Positions 8,200 through 16,307 of a stretch of 36,855 nucleotides of DNA are shown here, piece by piece. The stretch lies in the IMG/VR virus record IMGVR_UViG_3300000053_000003, positions 1 through 36,855 of that record. One strand, written 5' to 3'. This DNA is from a virus. Made by a program: the position numbers and the translations under genes. The notes below the pieces were generated by a model, which ran no database searches, was not told where the DNA came from, and saw nothing but the letters and a program-made list of their open reading frames with translations. Each line of letters opens with the position of its first letter. Positions within the stretch are counted from its first letter, which is position 1.

Positions 8200-9485
8200 G
8201 CGTTGAGTACCTTAAGCGTGGTCGGCGGCACAAAGCCGGGGTGCGCCAAGCCGTTGCGGCGAGTAATCTCCTCGCCCCGGCTGGCGTCGTCGTAGAGGTC
8301 ATAGGCCAGCACCGCCGCCGGCGTGACCTGCCGCGGCGTGAGTTCAACCAGGCGCGAGGCGGTACCGGCCTCGGCGAGCACATAGCGGCTGACGGCGCCG
8401 CGCAGCTCTGCCAGCGCCTCGACCGTGGGCTGGGGTTGGCCGGGCCGCCCGATCTCGGTGTCGATCACGCTGACCAGCTGGCCCTTCCAGCCCTGCAGGT
8501 CGTCGTAAACCGGCTCCTCGACCGCAGCCAGCTCGACCGCCGCCTTGGCGATCGCCGCCTGGGTGAACAGGTCCTGTACGGCCGCCATGTTGCCCCGCGC
8601 CTGAGTGAGCGCAGCGGAGGAAGCACGCGCCGCCGGCAGGCGGGGCTGGGCGCTGTATGCCTGCGCCAGACTCAGCGCCGCCGTCGGGCCGGTGGCGCGG
8701 CGATACGACCGCGCGGATGACCCTCCGCCAAAGCTCGAGACGAAGGCCAGCATGCTGGTCGCCAATGCTCCCGGCGCGCCCAGCAAGGAAGGCCAGGTGC
8801 CGTTGAGGATCTTGCCGACCGCCGTTTGCGCGTAACCGACCACGCCGGCTACTTCATCCAACACGGCACGGTCGACCCAGCCCGGCAGCGGCATGCCGCC
8901 GAGCAGGCCGGCGTAGTCGCCCGAGACGAAATCGCCATAGAGCTGTTGCGCCGTGGTGAAGCCTTCCTGCACCGCCGACAGGCTGTCGGTCGATACCCAG
9001 TCCGGCCAACCATCGATGCCGAACTTATCGGTGAAGCGACTGAAGGCGGACTGCAGCAGGGACTCGCGGAAGGTGGCGATCTCCAGCTGCGGCACCGACC
9101 CGCCCGCCGGATACTGGTTCTCGCCGGCCTCGGTGAACGTCATCGAGACCCGAGCCAGACCGCCTTCCTCGAAGGTGTGCCGCACCCGACAGCCCGACGC
9201 AACGACCTGCAGCCGCCCATAGAACGGGTGCACCAGCTCACCGGGGCCTTCGGCCCGCAGCGCCTTGAGCAGCTCGTCGAGCTGGGTCAGGTAGTCGGGA
9301 CCGATGACGATGGCCTCGAGGCTGATCTCCTCGACGCTGCGCCCCATGTCCTCGACGTAGGGCACGTCGCGCTTGGGGTACTCGTGCACCACGTTGCGCC
9401 GCCCGATGCCACCCAGGTCATCGGACTGGTATTCAAACGCCACGCCCCGAAACGAGGCGGGTTGCAGCCGATCACGCCAGGCCAT
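8196..9485 (-). CDS. DNA circulation protein (Mu gp43 family)
   Basis: N-terminus (WRDRLQPASFRGVAFE...HEYPKRD.PYVEDMGR) is typical of the DNA_circ_N domain. Confidence 0.75.
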   Translation of the reverse strand: MAWRDRLQPASFRGVAFEYQSDDLGGIGRRNVVHEYPKRDVPYVEDMGRSVEEISLEAIVIGPDYLTQLDELLKALRAEGPGELVHPFYGRLQVVASGCRVRHTFEEGGLARVSMTFTEAGENQYPAGGSVPQLEIATFRESLLQSAFSRFTDKFGIDGWPDWVSTDSLSAVQEGFTTAQQLYGDFVSGDYAGLLGGMPLPGWVDRAVLDEVAGVVGYAQTAVGKILNGTWPSLLGAPGALATSMLAFVSSFGGGSSARSYRRATGPTAALSLAQAYSAQPRLPAARASSAALTQARGNMAAVQDLFTQAAIAKAAVELAAVEEPVYDDLQGWKGQLVSVIDTEIGRPGQPQPTVEALAELRGAVSRYVLAEAGTASRLVELTPRQVTPAAVLAYDLYDDASRGEEITRRNGLAHPGFVPPTTLKVLNA

Positions 9486-9502
9486 GGCTTTTCTCCGGGC
9501 AA

Positions 9503-9524
9503 TAAAAAACCCCGCCGGGGCGGG
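9503..9524 (-). terminator. Rho-independent terminator after the secreted-protein moron
   Basis: On the minus strand: CCCCGCC-cc-GGCGGGG followed by TTTTTT. Shares a 19-nt identical string (GGGCAATAAAAAACCCCGC on the plus strand) with the terminator at 2268-2286. Confidence 0.75.
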
Positions 9525-9543
9525 GTTTCGGTTAACGGTGGGA

Positions 9544-9861
9544 TCAGCGGCAGTAGGCCTTGCCCAGCTCGTGGAACTTGTTTTCGTTTACGACCTTAAC
9601 GATGTCGACGATCTTGATCATCGCAGGCGATGCACCGTGGTCCGGAGCGACCATGCATAGATACTCGGCAAAACCGCGACGGTTCGAACCATCGTCGATC
9701 ACACCAACGTAGAGATTGTCATCCGTCATCCAGGTCGCGTCCTTGACCTTTGGCTCCTCGTCGCTCTTGAGATACTCCACGAAGTCGAGCTGCGCCTGGG
9801 TGGGAGCAGCCAAAGCGCCGAGGCTCATCGCCGCCAGTCCGAGCAGTAGTAGATAACGCAT
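9544..9861 (-). CDS. Small secreted protein of unknown function (moron between tape measure and gp43)
   Basis: Start reassigned to the ATG at 9861, preceded by AAGGAGG. Signal peptide MRYLLLLGLAAMSLGALAAPTQAQ. Two Cys residues in the mature part. Has its own terminator. Confidence 0.65.
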   Translation of the reverse strand: MRYLLLLGLAAMSLGALAAPTQAQLDFVEYLKSDEEPKVKDATWMTDDNLYVGVIDDGSNRRGFAEYLCMVAPDHGASPAMIKIVDIVKVVNENKFHELGKAYCR

Positions 9862-9927
9862 CGCAACCTCCTTGATTTGATTGTCCTGCCGCGATTGTCC
9901 ACTGCAACCAGGCAAAGTCAACGAACG

Positions 9928-11604
9928 CTACGGCATCGCCAACGACCGGTACCCCACGTCCGCCTCCATGGCGAGCCCTGGCTGATTGGTTTTCGCTGCC
10001 TGCACCTGCATGCCTGGCGGGGCATTCTCGAACTTGACCACCATCTGCCCATCCAGGCTCTGGCGATTCCCGGAAACCAAAGCACGCTGGCGAGCGATGG
10101 CGTCGGTCACCGCGCCGGGCGGAGCAATCCCACCGCCTCCGGCACCTGATGCTGCCGTTGGCGCCGCTTCTTCGTCACCGCCGAACCAGCCGCCGACCTT
10201 GCTCACTGCGCCGGTAATGGGTTCGATGAACTTCTTCACCCGATCCCAAAGACCTGAGAACCAGCCAACGAGCGGCTCCCAGTTCTTGATCACCAGGCCG
10301 AGCGGGCTAAAGCTGAAGAATGCGTCCTTCAGCCAATCCCAAGTCGCCGAGGCCACATCCTTGATGCCCTGCCACATCGTAGCGAACCACGGGCCGACCG
10401 TTTCCCAGTTGGCATAGATGAGCGCGGCAGCAGTACCGATAGCGGCAAGGATCCAGCCAACGGGCCCCATGGCGAGCAGCACCCCCTTGAACCCGGTGGC
10501 GACTGCCATCAGTGCAGGGCCGGCGGTGACACCCAGCGAGAACAGCCCCATCGTCAATCCGACAACAGAAGACAGCACCTGCAGACCAATGATGGATGCG
10601 ATGATGATGGCGATTCCCTTGAGCCCGCCGAGTGCCTTGGTCACATCGATCACGCCAGTGGTGAAGCCCTTGACGCTGTCCCAAACGCCCTGCCAGTCGA
10701 TGGCCATCACCCAACCCTTGAGTTCGCGGAACACGCTGACCAGGTTGTCGGATACCGCCTGCGCAAACTTCTTCAGCGAACCATCGGCCTCCATCGCCTG
10801 AAGGGAATCGAGCACGCCTTTCAGTTCACCCTTGAGCACATCGAAGATGCCGGCATCGCCGATCATCTTGAAGACGCGGGTAAAGGTGTCCTGCAGGTTG
10901 GACCACATGCCGTCCCAGGTGGTCGACAGCTTGTCCATCGCACCGCCGTAGTTGCCGTTCCAGATACCCTGGATTACCGCCTGAATCTGCTCCCGCGAGT
11001 TGGCCTTGGCGGTGGCCACCATGGCTTTGCCGTTCTGCTGCCAGCGATAGACGATCTTGTCCCCGGCTTTCTCAGTCGTGATACCGAATTCCTTGAGGCG
11101 CTCGTTCTCGCCGGTCATCGCATCGGCCAGCGCCTCCACCGCCTGCTCCAGTGGCTTGCCCATCGCGGCGGCAGCGTCACCCGCCGACTTCAGTGCACCG
11201 GATTGAGGGTCGATGCCATATGCCTTGAGCTTGACGAAGGCATCGGTGACCCCGGCCAGCTCGTAGGGCGTTTGGGCGGCGAACTGGCTGATCCAGTCCA
11301 TCGACGCTTTGGCTTTGTCCGAACTCCCCTCGATGGTCGAGAGGATCGTTTCGAAGCGCTCGAACTGGGCCGACGTGCTGACGACCTTGGTGCCGAGCGC
11401 ACCGATGCTGCCCAGCCCCGCCGCACCGAATACGGCGCCGAGCGGCGCCACCAGTCCGGTGATGGTCGCCTGCAGCCCGGAGGTGGCTCGGCCGATGTCC
11501 TGAAACGCCCGCTTGAACGGGCGCATTTGCCGCTCCATCTTTTTCAGCGGCCGGGTGACCCGGTCGATGACGTCGAGTACGGCAGTGAAACTTGCCTTAG
11601 CCAT
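9928..11604 (-). CDS. Tail tape measure protein
   Basis: Long Ala/Gly-rich helical protein with central hydrophobic segments, downstream of the frameshifted chaperone. Start set at the ATG that overlaps the upstream stop (ATGGCTAA). Confidence 0.85.
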   Translation of the reverse strand: MAKASFTAVLDVIDRVTRPLKKMERQMRPFKRAFQDIGRATSGLQATITGLVAPLGAVFGAAGLGSIGALGTKVVSTSAQFERFETILSTIEGSSDKAKASMDWISQFAAQTPYELAGVTDAFVKLKAYGIDPQSGALKSAGDAAAAMGKPLEQAVEALADAMTGENERLKEFGITTEKAGDKIVYRWQQNGKAMVATAKANSREQIQAVIQGIWNGNYGGAMDKLSTTWDGMWSNLQDTFTRVFKMIGDAGIFDVLKGELKGVLDSLQAMEADGSLKKFAQAVSDNLVSVFRELKGWVMAIDWQGVWDSVKGFTTGVIDVTKALGGLKGIAIIIASIIGLQVLSSVVGLTMGLFSLGVTAGPALMAVATGFKGVLLAMGPVGWILAAIGTAAALIYANWETVGPWFATMWQGIKDVASATWDWLKDAFFSFSPLGLVIKNWEPLVGWFSGLWDRVKKFIEPITGAVSKVGGWFGGDEEAAPTAASGAGGGGIAPPGAVTDAIARQRALVSGNRQSLDGQMVVKFENAPPGMQVQAAKTNQPGLAMEADVGYRSLAMP

Positions 11605-12048
11605 TGGCGGCCTCGTTTTCAAGCTGAGCCAGGCGCAGGGCCTGCCGCTCCCAGAGCTCGCGCTCCGAGTGCGGCAAGTCCAGCACCACTTGAGGGGACA
11701 CGCCGAAGTAACGGGCGATTTCGAAACAGCAGTCGATCAATCCTCCTGATCCGCTGCCTGTTCCTCCACGTCCTCCGGCATCAAAAAAGGGAGCAGCCAC
11801 AAGAACACCTTCTTGCGGTCGCTCGGGGCGAGCGCCTCGGCGGAACTACGGGGAATCTTTGCCAGCTTGACGATGTAGTTGACGGTGATTTCCGGCAGCT
11901 CACGAATGCTCCCGCCACCGCCGCCGCCCATGACGAATGGCTCGCCTAGCTTGATGACGTGCTGCCCGGTCGGCTCGGTCAGGTGAATTTGCTCGACCGT
12001 CTGGCCGTGGGCTTCGATGGGCTTTTTGAGCGTGATGGTCAGATCCAT
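11597..12048 (-). CDS. Tail assembly chaperone, -1 frameshift fusion product (gpE+E' / gpGT analogue)
   Basis: The -1 frame downstream of T TTT TTG stays open to 11597. It encodes FEIARYFGVSPQVVLDLPHSERELWERQA, which resembles the P2 gpE' extension. Confidence 0.7.
11737..12048 (-). CDS. Tail assembly chaperone, short product (P2 gpE / lambda gpG analogue)
   Basis: 103 aa, between the tube and tape measure genes. Contains the slippery heptamer near its 3' end. Confidence 0.8.
   Translation of the reverse strand: MDLTITLKKPIEAHGQTVEQIHLTEPTGQHVIKLGEPFVMGGGGGGSIRELPEITVNYIVKLAKIPRSSAEALAPSDRKKVFLWLLPFLMPEDVEEQAADQED
11782..11788 (-). other. Programmed -1 ribosomal frameshift slippery site T TTT TTG
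   Basis: Zero-frame codons are CCT TTT TTG (P F L). The -1 frame reads CCC TTT TTT GAT, which matches the start of the 11597-11800 ORF (PFFD). Confidence 0.7.
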
Positions 12049-12398
12049 TTGCCTTCCTTCCCTTCGAAGCGCAGCGAGGTGTTGCCCTCGGCGCCGTTGA
12101 TGGCGAGTTCACCGGCCAGCCAGGCTTCGGACAGCACACCAGTCATGCCGTTGGCCAACTCGGCGGTGATCACCAGGCCGTCGCCGTCGCGGATCTTGGC
12201 CAGCGGGAAGCCCTTGGGCACGAAGCATTCCAGTTCGATGAAGGGCACCCGCGGGGTTTCCTTGTAACCGGCAACGCCGGAGAGGCCGGCGAGCCCCTCC
12301 TTTTCCGAGCTGTTCAACGACAGGCTCAGCGAGCCACCAAGCTCCAGCTGGTCGCCGTCGACGCTGACAAAGCAGGTGCCTGCAATGCGGTTTTTCAT
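12039..12398 (-). CDS. Contractile tail tube protein
   Basis: 119 aa, immediately after the sheath gene. Sequence resembles FII/gp40-type tube proteins. Confidence 0.75.
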   Translation of the reverse strand: MKNRIAGTCFVSVDGDQLELGGSLSLSLNSSEKEGLAGLSGVAGYKETPRVPFIELECFVPKGFPLAKIRDGDGLVITAELANGMTGVLSEAWLAGELAINGAEGNTSLRFEGKEGKWI

Positions 12399-12410
12399 GG
12401 ATGGCTCCTA

Positions 12411-13898
12411 TCAGTAATTCAGGCGGAACTGGTTCAGTACCGCGAAGATGCGCAGCTGGTTCACAAGATCCGGCGGATACAGCACGTTCACCCGGTTGGG
12501 GTTGGTTTCGTCGATCTCGACGATGAGGTTTTCAGCGAACAGGTCCGAACGCTCGACGATGCCGGCCCGCTCCATCGCGGCGTAATCCGCCACCAGGCGC
12601 GCCTTGATCATGCTCGGGGTGGCCACGCCTTCCGGCACGCGGATGCCGTCGCTGCGCAGCGCATGCCGGCCGAACTGGGTGGTCACGCCGGTGCGCAGGT
12701 AGCGCATGACGTAGGCCAGTTGGTGCAGGTTTTCGCTGTCCAGATAGCTGGTGTCGTTCGAGCCCCAGGGGTTCTTCTGGTAGGTGGTAATGGAGCGCTC
12801 GATGCGCACCACGCCGTCCTTGCCGCTGTAGTGAGTGGCGATACCGCTGGAAAGCAGCGTCTGCCGCTCGGTCAGGGTGAGGCGCTCATGCGAAGCCGGC
12901 GCCAGCACGCCACTGATCTCGCCGGTCTGGGTGGGCCGGGCTACATGTGCGGACAGCAGCGAGGCCTCCCGGGCAACCCGGGCAGCGATGTACTCGTGGT
13001 CGCACGCACCGACTCGCGGCTCGACGCCGAACAGGGTGCAGTGCTGGTCGTTCCGGGTGGCGCCGTAGGCCTGCAGCTCAGCCAGCGTGCCACGGCGGGC
13101 ACTGTAGACATGACCGTAAACCTGCCGCGCCCAGCTCCAACGCCCGGCGGTGTCATCCATCTCCGCGCGCAGCGCGTCGAGGCTGACAGCATCGCTGAAG
13201 GCGCAACCGATGAAGTCGTATTCCTCATCGCCCAGGTTGGCGATCACGCCGGACAGATCAGGCGCACCCGCGCCGGCCGTCGCGACTGTTACCGGCCCGG
13301 CACTGATACCGGCCGGGAACGACTCGCCCCCCGCAAGGCCGCGGCGATTGAGCGCCAACGGCACGCCGTTGCCCGCTTCACCTTTGAAGCGCGAGGTGAG
13401 CGTCAGCGTGCCATCCAGCGCGGCTGCAGTGACCGGCAGCGACGGCGCTGCATTCACGGCGGCAGCGAATGCAGCCGCGACGTCAGCGGCGGTATCAGCA
13501 GCACGGATTGTGATCGCCACGCGCGCCGCGCCAACGTACAGCGCCGCAACGGTGCTGGCAGTCGCGGCTCCGGTGAAGGTGATGGTGCGCACCGCCGCAA
13601 CACCGGCTGCCGGCTCAGCTACGGGAGCCACCCACAACTCGGTGAACAGGTTGCCCGCACGAAACGCCTCGACCATGGCGGCGGCCATGGAGCCGCTACC
13701 GAACAGGCTGCGCGCCTGCTCGGCGCTGGGGCAGATGACCGGCACATTGGCCTCGGCAGTCGCATCGGCGGCCATCAGGCCGATCAGCAGCACCCGCATG
13801 GTCTGGCTGAAGCTGTTGGCCTTGCTGCTGTCCAGTTCGATGTAGAAGAACGGCACCCGCAGCCCCGCAGGGATTTGGCTGAAACTCATCGACGACAT
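12411..13898 (-). CDS. Contractile tail sheath protein
   Basis: 495 aa. N-terminus IPAGLRVPFFYIELD is typical of Mu gp39-like sheath proteins. Confidence 0.8.
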   Translation of the reverse strand: MSSMSFSQIPAGLRVPFFYIELDSSKANSFSQTMRVLLIGLMAADATAEANVPVICPSAEQARSLFGSGSMAAAMVEAFRAGNLFTELWVAPVAEPAAGVAAVRTITFTGAATASTVAALYVGAARVAITIRAADTAADVAAAFAAAVNAAPSLPVTAAALDGTLTLTSRFKGEAGNGVPLALNRRGLAGGESFPAGISAGPVTVATAGAGAPDLSGVIANLGDEEYDFIGCAFSDAVSLDALRAEMDDTAGRWSWARQVYGHVYSARRGTLAELQAYGATRNDQHCTLFGVEPRVGACDHEYIAARVAREASLLSAHVARPTQTGEISGVLAPASHERLTLTERQTLLSSGIATHYSGKDGVVRIERSITTYQKNPWGSNDTSYLDSENLHQLAYVMRYLRTGVTTQFGRHALRSDGIRVPEGVATPSMIKARLVADYAAMERAGIVERSDLFAENLIVEIDETNPNRVNVLYPPDLVNQLRIFAVLNQFRLNY

Positions 13899-14056
13899 TA
13901 CTTTTTCTCCTTCGAGGGCTTGGCTTCAGTCACGTCGCCATCAGCGATACGGCGTAACCAGTACTGGGTCGGCTCAACCTTGGCGCCGTTTTCGGGCAAA
14001 GGCTGGCCGGTAGCCGGGTCGATAACGACGCGGCTACGGGCGGGTTTGAGGTGCAT
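13898..14056 (-). CDS. DUF2635-like small protein (Mu gp38 position), missing from the ORF track
   Basis: Hand translation gives MHLKPARSRVVIDPATGQPLPENGAKVEPTQYWLRRIADGDVTEAKPSKEKK (52 aa). Its TAATG overlaps the sheath start. The motif YWLRR..DGDV is typical of the family. Confidence 0.65.
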   Translation of the reverse strand: MHLKPARSRVVIDPATGQPLPENGAKVEPTQYWLRRIADGDVTEAKPSKEKK

Positions 14057-14059
14057 GGG

Positions 14060-14635
14060 TTACTCCAGGGTGATGTCAGCGCCGGCTTCGATGCGGCCGT
14101 CTGGCCCGCGTGATGCCAGGTTGGGGTCGTACATGGGGTCGATCACATCGGCACGGACATCGATGCCAGCAAGCCGTGGCATTTGCTCGACCATGCCGGG
14201 CTGCGCGGTGTCCTCGATGCCGATTTCCGCCTCGGCCGAGAACTCGAACTGGTAGTAGAGCCGGGCGGCATCCATGTCGACGCCCTGCCCGCCTTCGTAC
14301 ACCAGCCCGTCATATTCCGGGCCCGGCGGCCATAGCAACAACGCGCGCCATAGCTCGGCACGGATGTCGTGAATCTCCGTCACCGCCGCCTGGCCGCGCC
14401 GGTCGGCGCTGTTATCCAGCACGACGACGATGGCGATTCGATCGGTAATGGTCTGCCGGTAGCGGTTCTGGCTTTGCTGCTGGCCAGCCTGGTCGGCATT
14501 CGGGATGACGAAGGCCGCCGGCAGAGCGACTTTCGAGTTCGGCGGCAGGCCCGCAAACTCGGCAGCACCCGCCACCCGCCCGGCGAAGCTGGGGCACGCT
14601 ACGCGCAGCCGCGTAATCACATTGTCGAGGTTCAT
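14060..14635 (-). CDS. Mu gp37-like tail completion / terminator protein
   Basis: 191 aa. Located upstream of the DUF2635 and sheath genes. Sequence resembles the Gp37 family. Confidence 0.6.
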   Translation of the reverse strand: MNLDNVITRLRVACPSFAGRVAGAAEFAGLPPNSKVALPAAFVIPNADQAGQQQSQNRYRQTITDRIAIVVVLDNSADRRGQAAVTEIHDIRAELWRALLLWPPGPEYDGLVYEGGQGVDMDAARLYYQFEFSAEAEIGIEDTAQPGMVEQMPRLAGIDVRADVIDPMYDPNLASRGPDGRIEAGADITLE

Positions 14636-15105
14636 TTCGCGGCCTCAGGCTTGATGCCTTTTTCCATCGCTTTCTTCAGTTCACGCGAGAACCGCGCCAG
14701 ATGCTTGCGGCCGGCCACGCTGGTGGCGCTAAGACGGCGCTCAATCTGGTCCCGGCCAGAGATGAGAAACTCGGGGTAGAACTCGCCCTTTTTGTACGAA
14801 CCGCGACTGGGCCCGATCCAGGCCTTCAGCCCGTCGCGCTTACTGACGCGCGCTAGGATGCTCTGCGCCAGATGACCCGTACGGCGCGCCGGCAGCGCAC
14901 CAGGCGCCGAGGCCCGGTACTGGCCGCCACCCGGGCGGTACCACAACCGCCCGGCACCAGTGCTGCCTTCCAGCAGCGCGGTGGAGTCGCGTTGAATGTT
15001 GCCGGCTGTTTCGCGGACCAGTTTGCGGATGTACCGCGTGTCCAGCTTCCAGCCGAGATAACCCTTGGTCGCAACGCGAACCAGAGGCGAGCGGTAAACG
15101 GTCAT
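14632..15105 (-). CDS. HK97 gp10-family head-tail completion protein
   Basis: Start set at the ATG at 15105 (GGAG RBS, ATGA overlap with the upstream stop). The motif ALPARRTGHLAQSI matches the gp10 family pattern. Confidence 0.65.
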   Translation of the reverse strand: MTVYRSPLVRVATKGYLGWKLDTRYIRKLVRETAGNIQRDSTALLEGSTGAGRLWYRPGGGQYRASAPGALPARRTGHLAQSILARVSKRDGLKAWIGPSRGSYKKGEFYPEFLISGRDQIERRLSATSVAGRKHLARFSRELKKAMEKGIKPEAAK

Positions 15106-15437
15106 CGCTGCAACTCCTCGCAATCGAGCACCGTCCAGCGCCCACGCTCCTCCCAATCGCTTACGCGACGGATGCGGAAGACGCGACTGCCGTAGGTGAC
15201 CTCATGGTCAGCTGTGAGCAAGGGGCGATGCCTGACGACGATGCGGTGGGTAATCTGGCTGCCAACCTGCTGCGACCCGATCCACGTCGCGCCGGAGACT
15301 GGCAGCAGCGCCGCCCATACGGTTACCGGCGCCAGGTGTTGCGCATCGAGGCCGGTGAAGGCGTCGGGCACGTCCTGTCGACGAGTGATGACTACTCGCT
15401 GGCGGAGCAGACCCGCCCGGAAACCAGCCTGTGCCAT
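15102..15437 (-). CDS. Head closure / head-tail adaptor protein (SPP1 gp16-like)
   Basis: 111 aa. The pattern LRQRVVI....D.FG......W.....G.......RI..R is typical of head-tail joining proteins. Confidence 0.65.
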   Translation of the reverse strand: MAQAGFRAGLLRQRVVITRRQDVPDAFTGLDAQHLAPVTVWAALLPVSGATWIGSQQVGSQITHRIVVRHRPLLTADHEVTYGSRVFRIRRVSDWEERGRWTVLDCEELQR

Positions 15438-15438
15438 A

Positions 15439-15990
15439 TCAGAACCTCGGCGGAACGGTTACTTCAGCCAGCAAGGAATCCATGTAGCTGGTCGGAAGTT
15501 CTGCAACGATGGTCCCGACAATCAGGGTTTCCCGATTCTCAAAGGCCGTCGCCGCATGCATCAGCATCCAGCTTTTCACACCCGGGTAAGCATCCAGATC
15601 GAGACCGGCGCTGTAGCGGATCACCAAGCGCCCGGGAGGCCGCCCGGCAGGAAAGATGAGGAAGCTTTCGCGGGCGCTGTGCTGTAGCACATGCGGCACC
15701 TGCAGGGCGGTCAGTGAGCCGTCGCTTTCGCGCACGCTCACCGACTGCACTTCCTTGACCTGCCCCACGTCGAGGGCGTGGCCGGAGCCGTAGGCCGGCG
15801 GCCACTCCTCTTCATAGGTGGCTTCACGAATCGCCGCACCGGTCCGCGCCTCGCACTGGGCCGTTACGCCGGGGATGATGATCAGCTCGATCAGCTCCGG
15901 CTGGAGGTCTTCGACTTCGACCCGGCATTGCCGGGCCACTTCTTCGAGCGTCAGAACCGGCGGACCGGTGTAGGCGATTCGCTTGGCCAT
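15439..15990 (-). CDS. Head-tail connector protein (gp6-like)
   Basis: 183 aa. N-terminus has LTLEEVARQCRVE; sequence resembles Phage_connect_1. Located after the capsid gene. Confidence 0.6.
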   Translation of the reverse strand: MAKRIAYTGPPVLTLEEVARQCRVEVEDLQPELIELIIIPGVTAQCEARTGAAIREATYEEEWPPAYGSGHALDVGQVKEVQSVSVRESDGSLTALQVPHVLQHSARESFLIFPAGRPPGRLVIRYSAGLDLDAYPGVKSWMLMHAATAFENRETLIVGTIVAELPTSYMDSLLAEVTVPPRF

Positions 15991-15993
15991 GGC

Positions 15994-16254
15994 TTAGGGC
16001 TTCTTGTCTTCGTCGACGGTGTCGTTATCGCCGGTTTTGTTCTCGGCGGTGTTGTCACCAGTGTTTGTAGCTCCGGTGGCGCCGCCCTTGGGTGCGGCAG
16101 GCTGCGTGGCCGTGGCGCCCTTACCCTTGGCGTAGGCTTCCGCCACGCCCGCTTCGATCAGTTGATCGGCCTTTTCCTTGGCGAACCCGGCTACTTCGTT
16201 CGGGCCGTAGCCCTGCCAGGGTTTCTTGAACTTGATGATGGTCGGCTTGCTCAT
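15994..16254 (-). CDS. Hypothetical small head-module protein with a low-complexity Gly/Thr/Asp-rich tail
   Basis: 86-aa ORF in series between the capsid and connector genes. No family recognised. Confidence 0.45.
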   Translation of the reverse strand: MSKPTIIKFKKPWQGYGPNEVAGFAKEKADQLIEAGVAEAYAKGKGATATQPAAPKGGATGATNTGDNTAENKTGDNDTVDEDKKP

Positions 16255-16282
16255 GTTGGAGTCTCGCTTGGTTCAAGGGACG

Positions 16283-16300
16283 CCCCGCCGGCTGGCGGGG
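16283..16300 (-). other. GC-rich stem-loop immediately after the major capsid gene
   Basis: CCCCGCC-ggct-GGCGGGG. No U-tract on the minus strand, so not a canonical terminator. Confidence 0.4.
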
Positions 16301-16307
16301 CAGTCAG

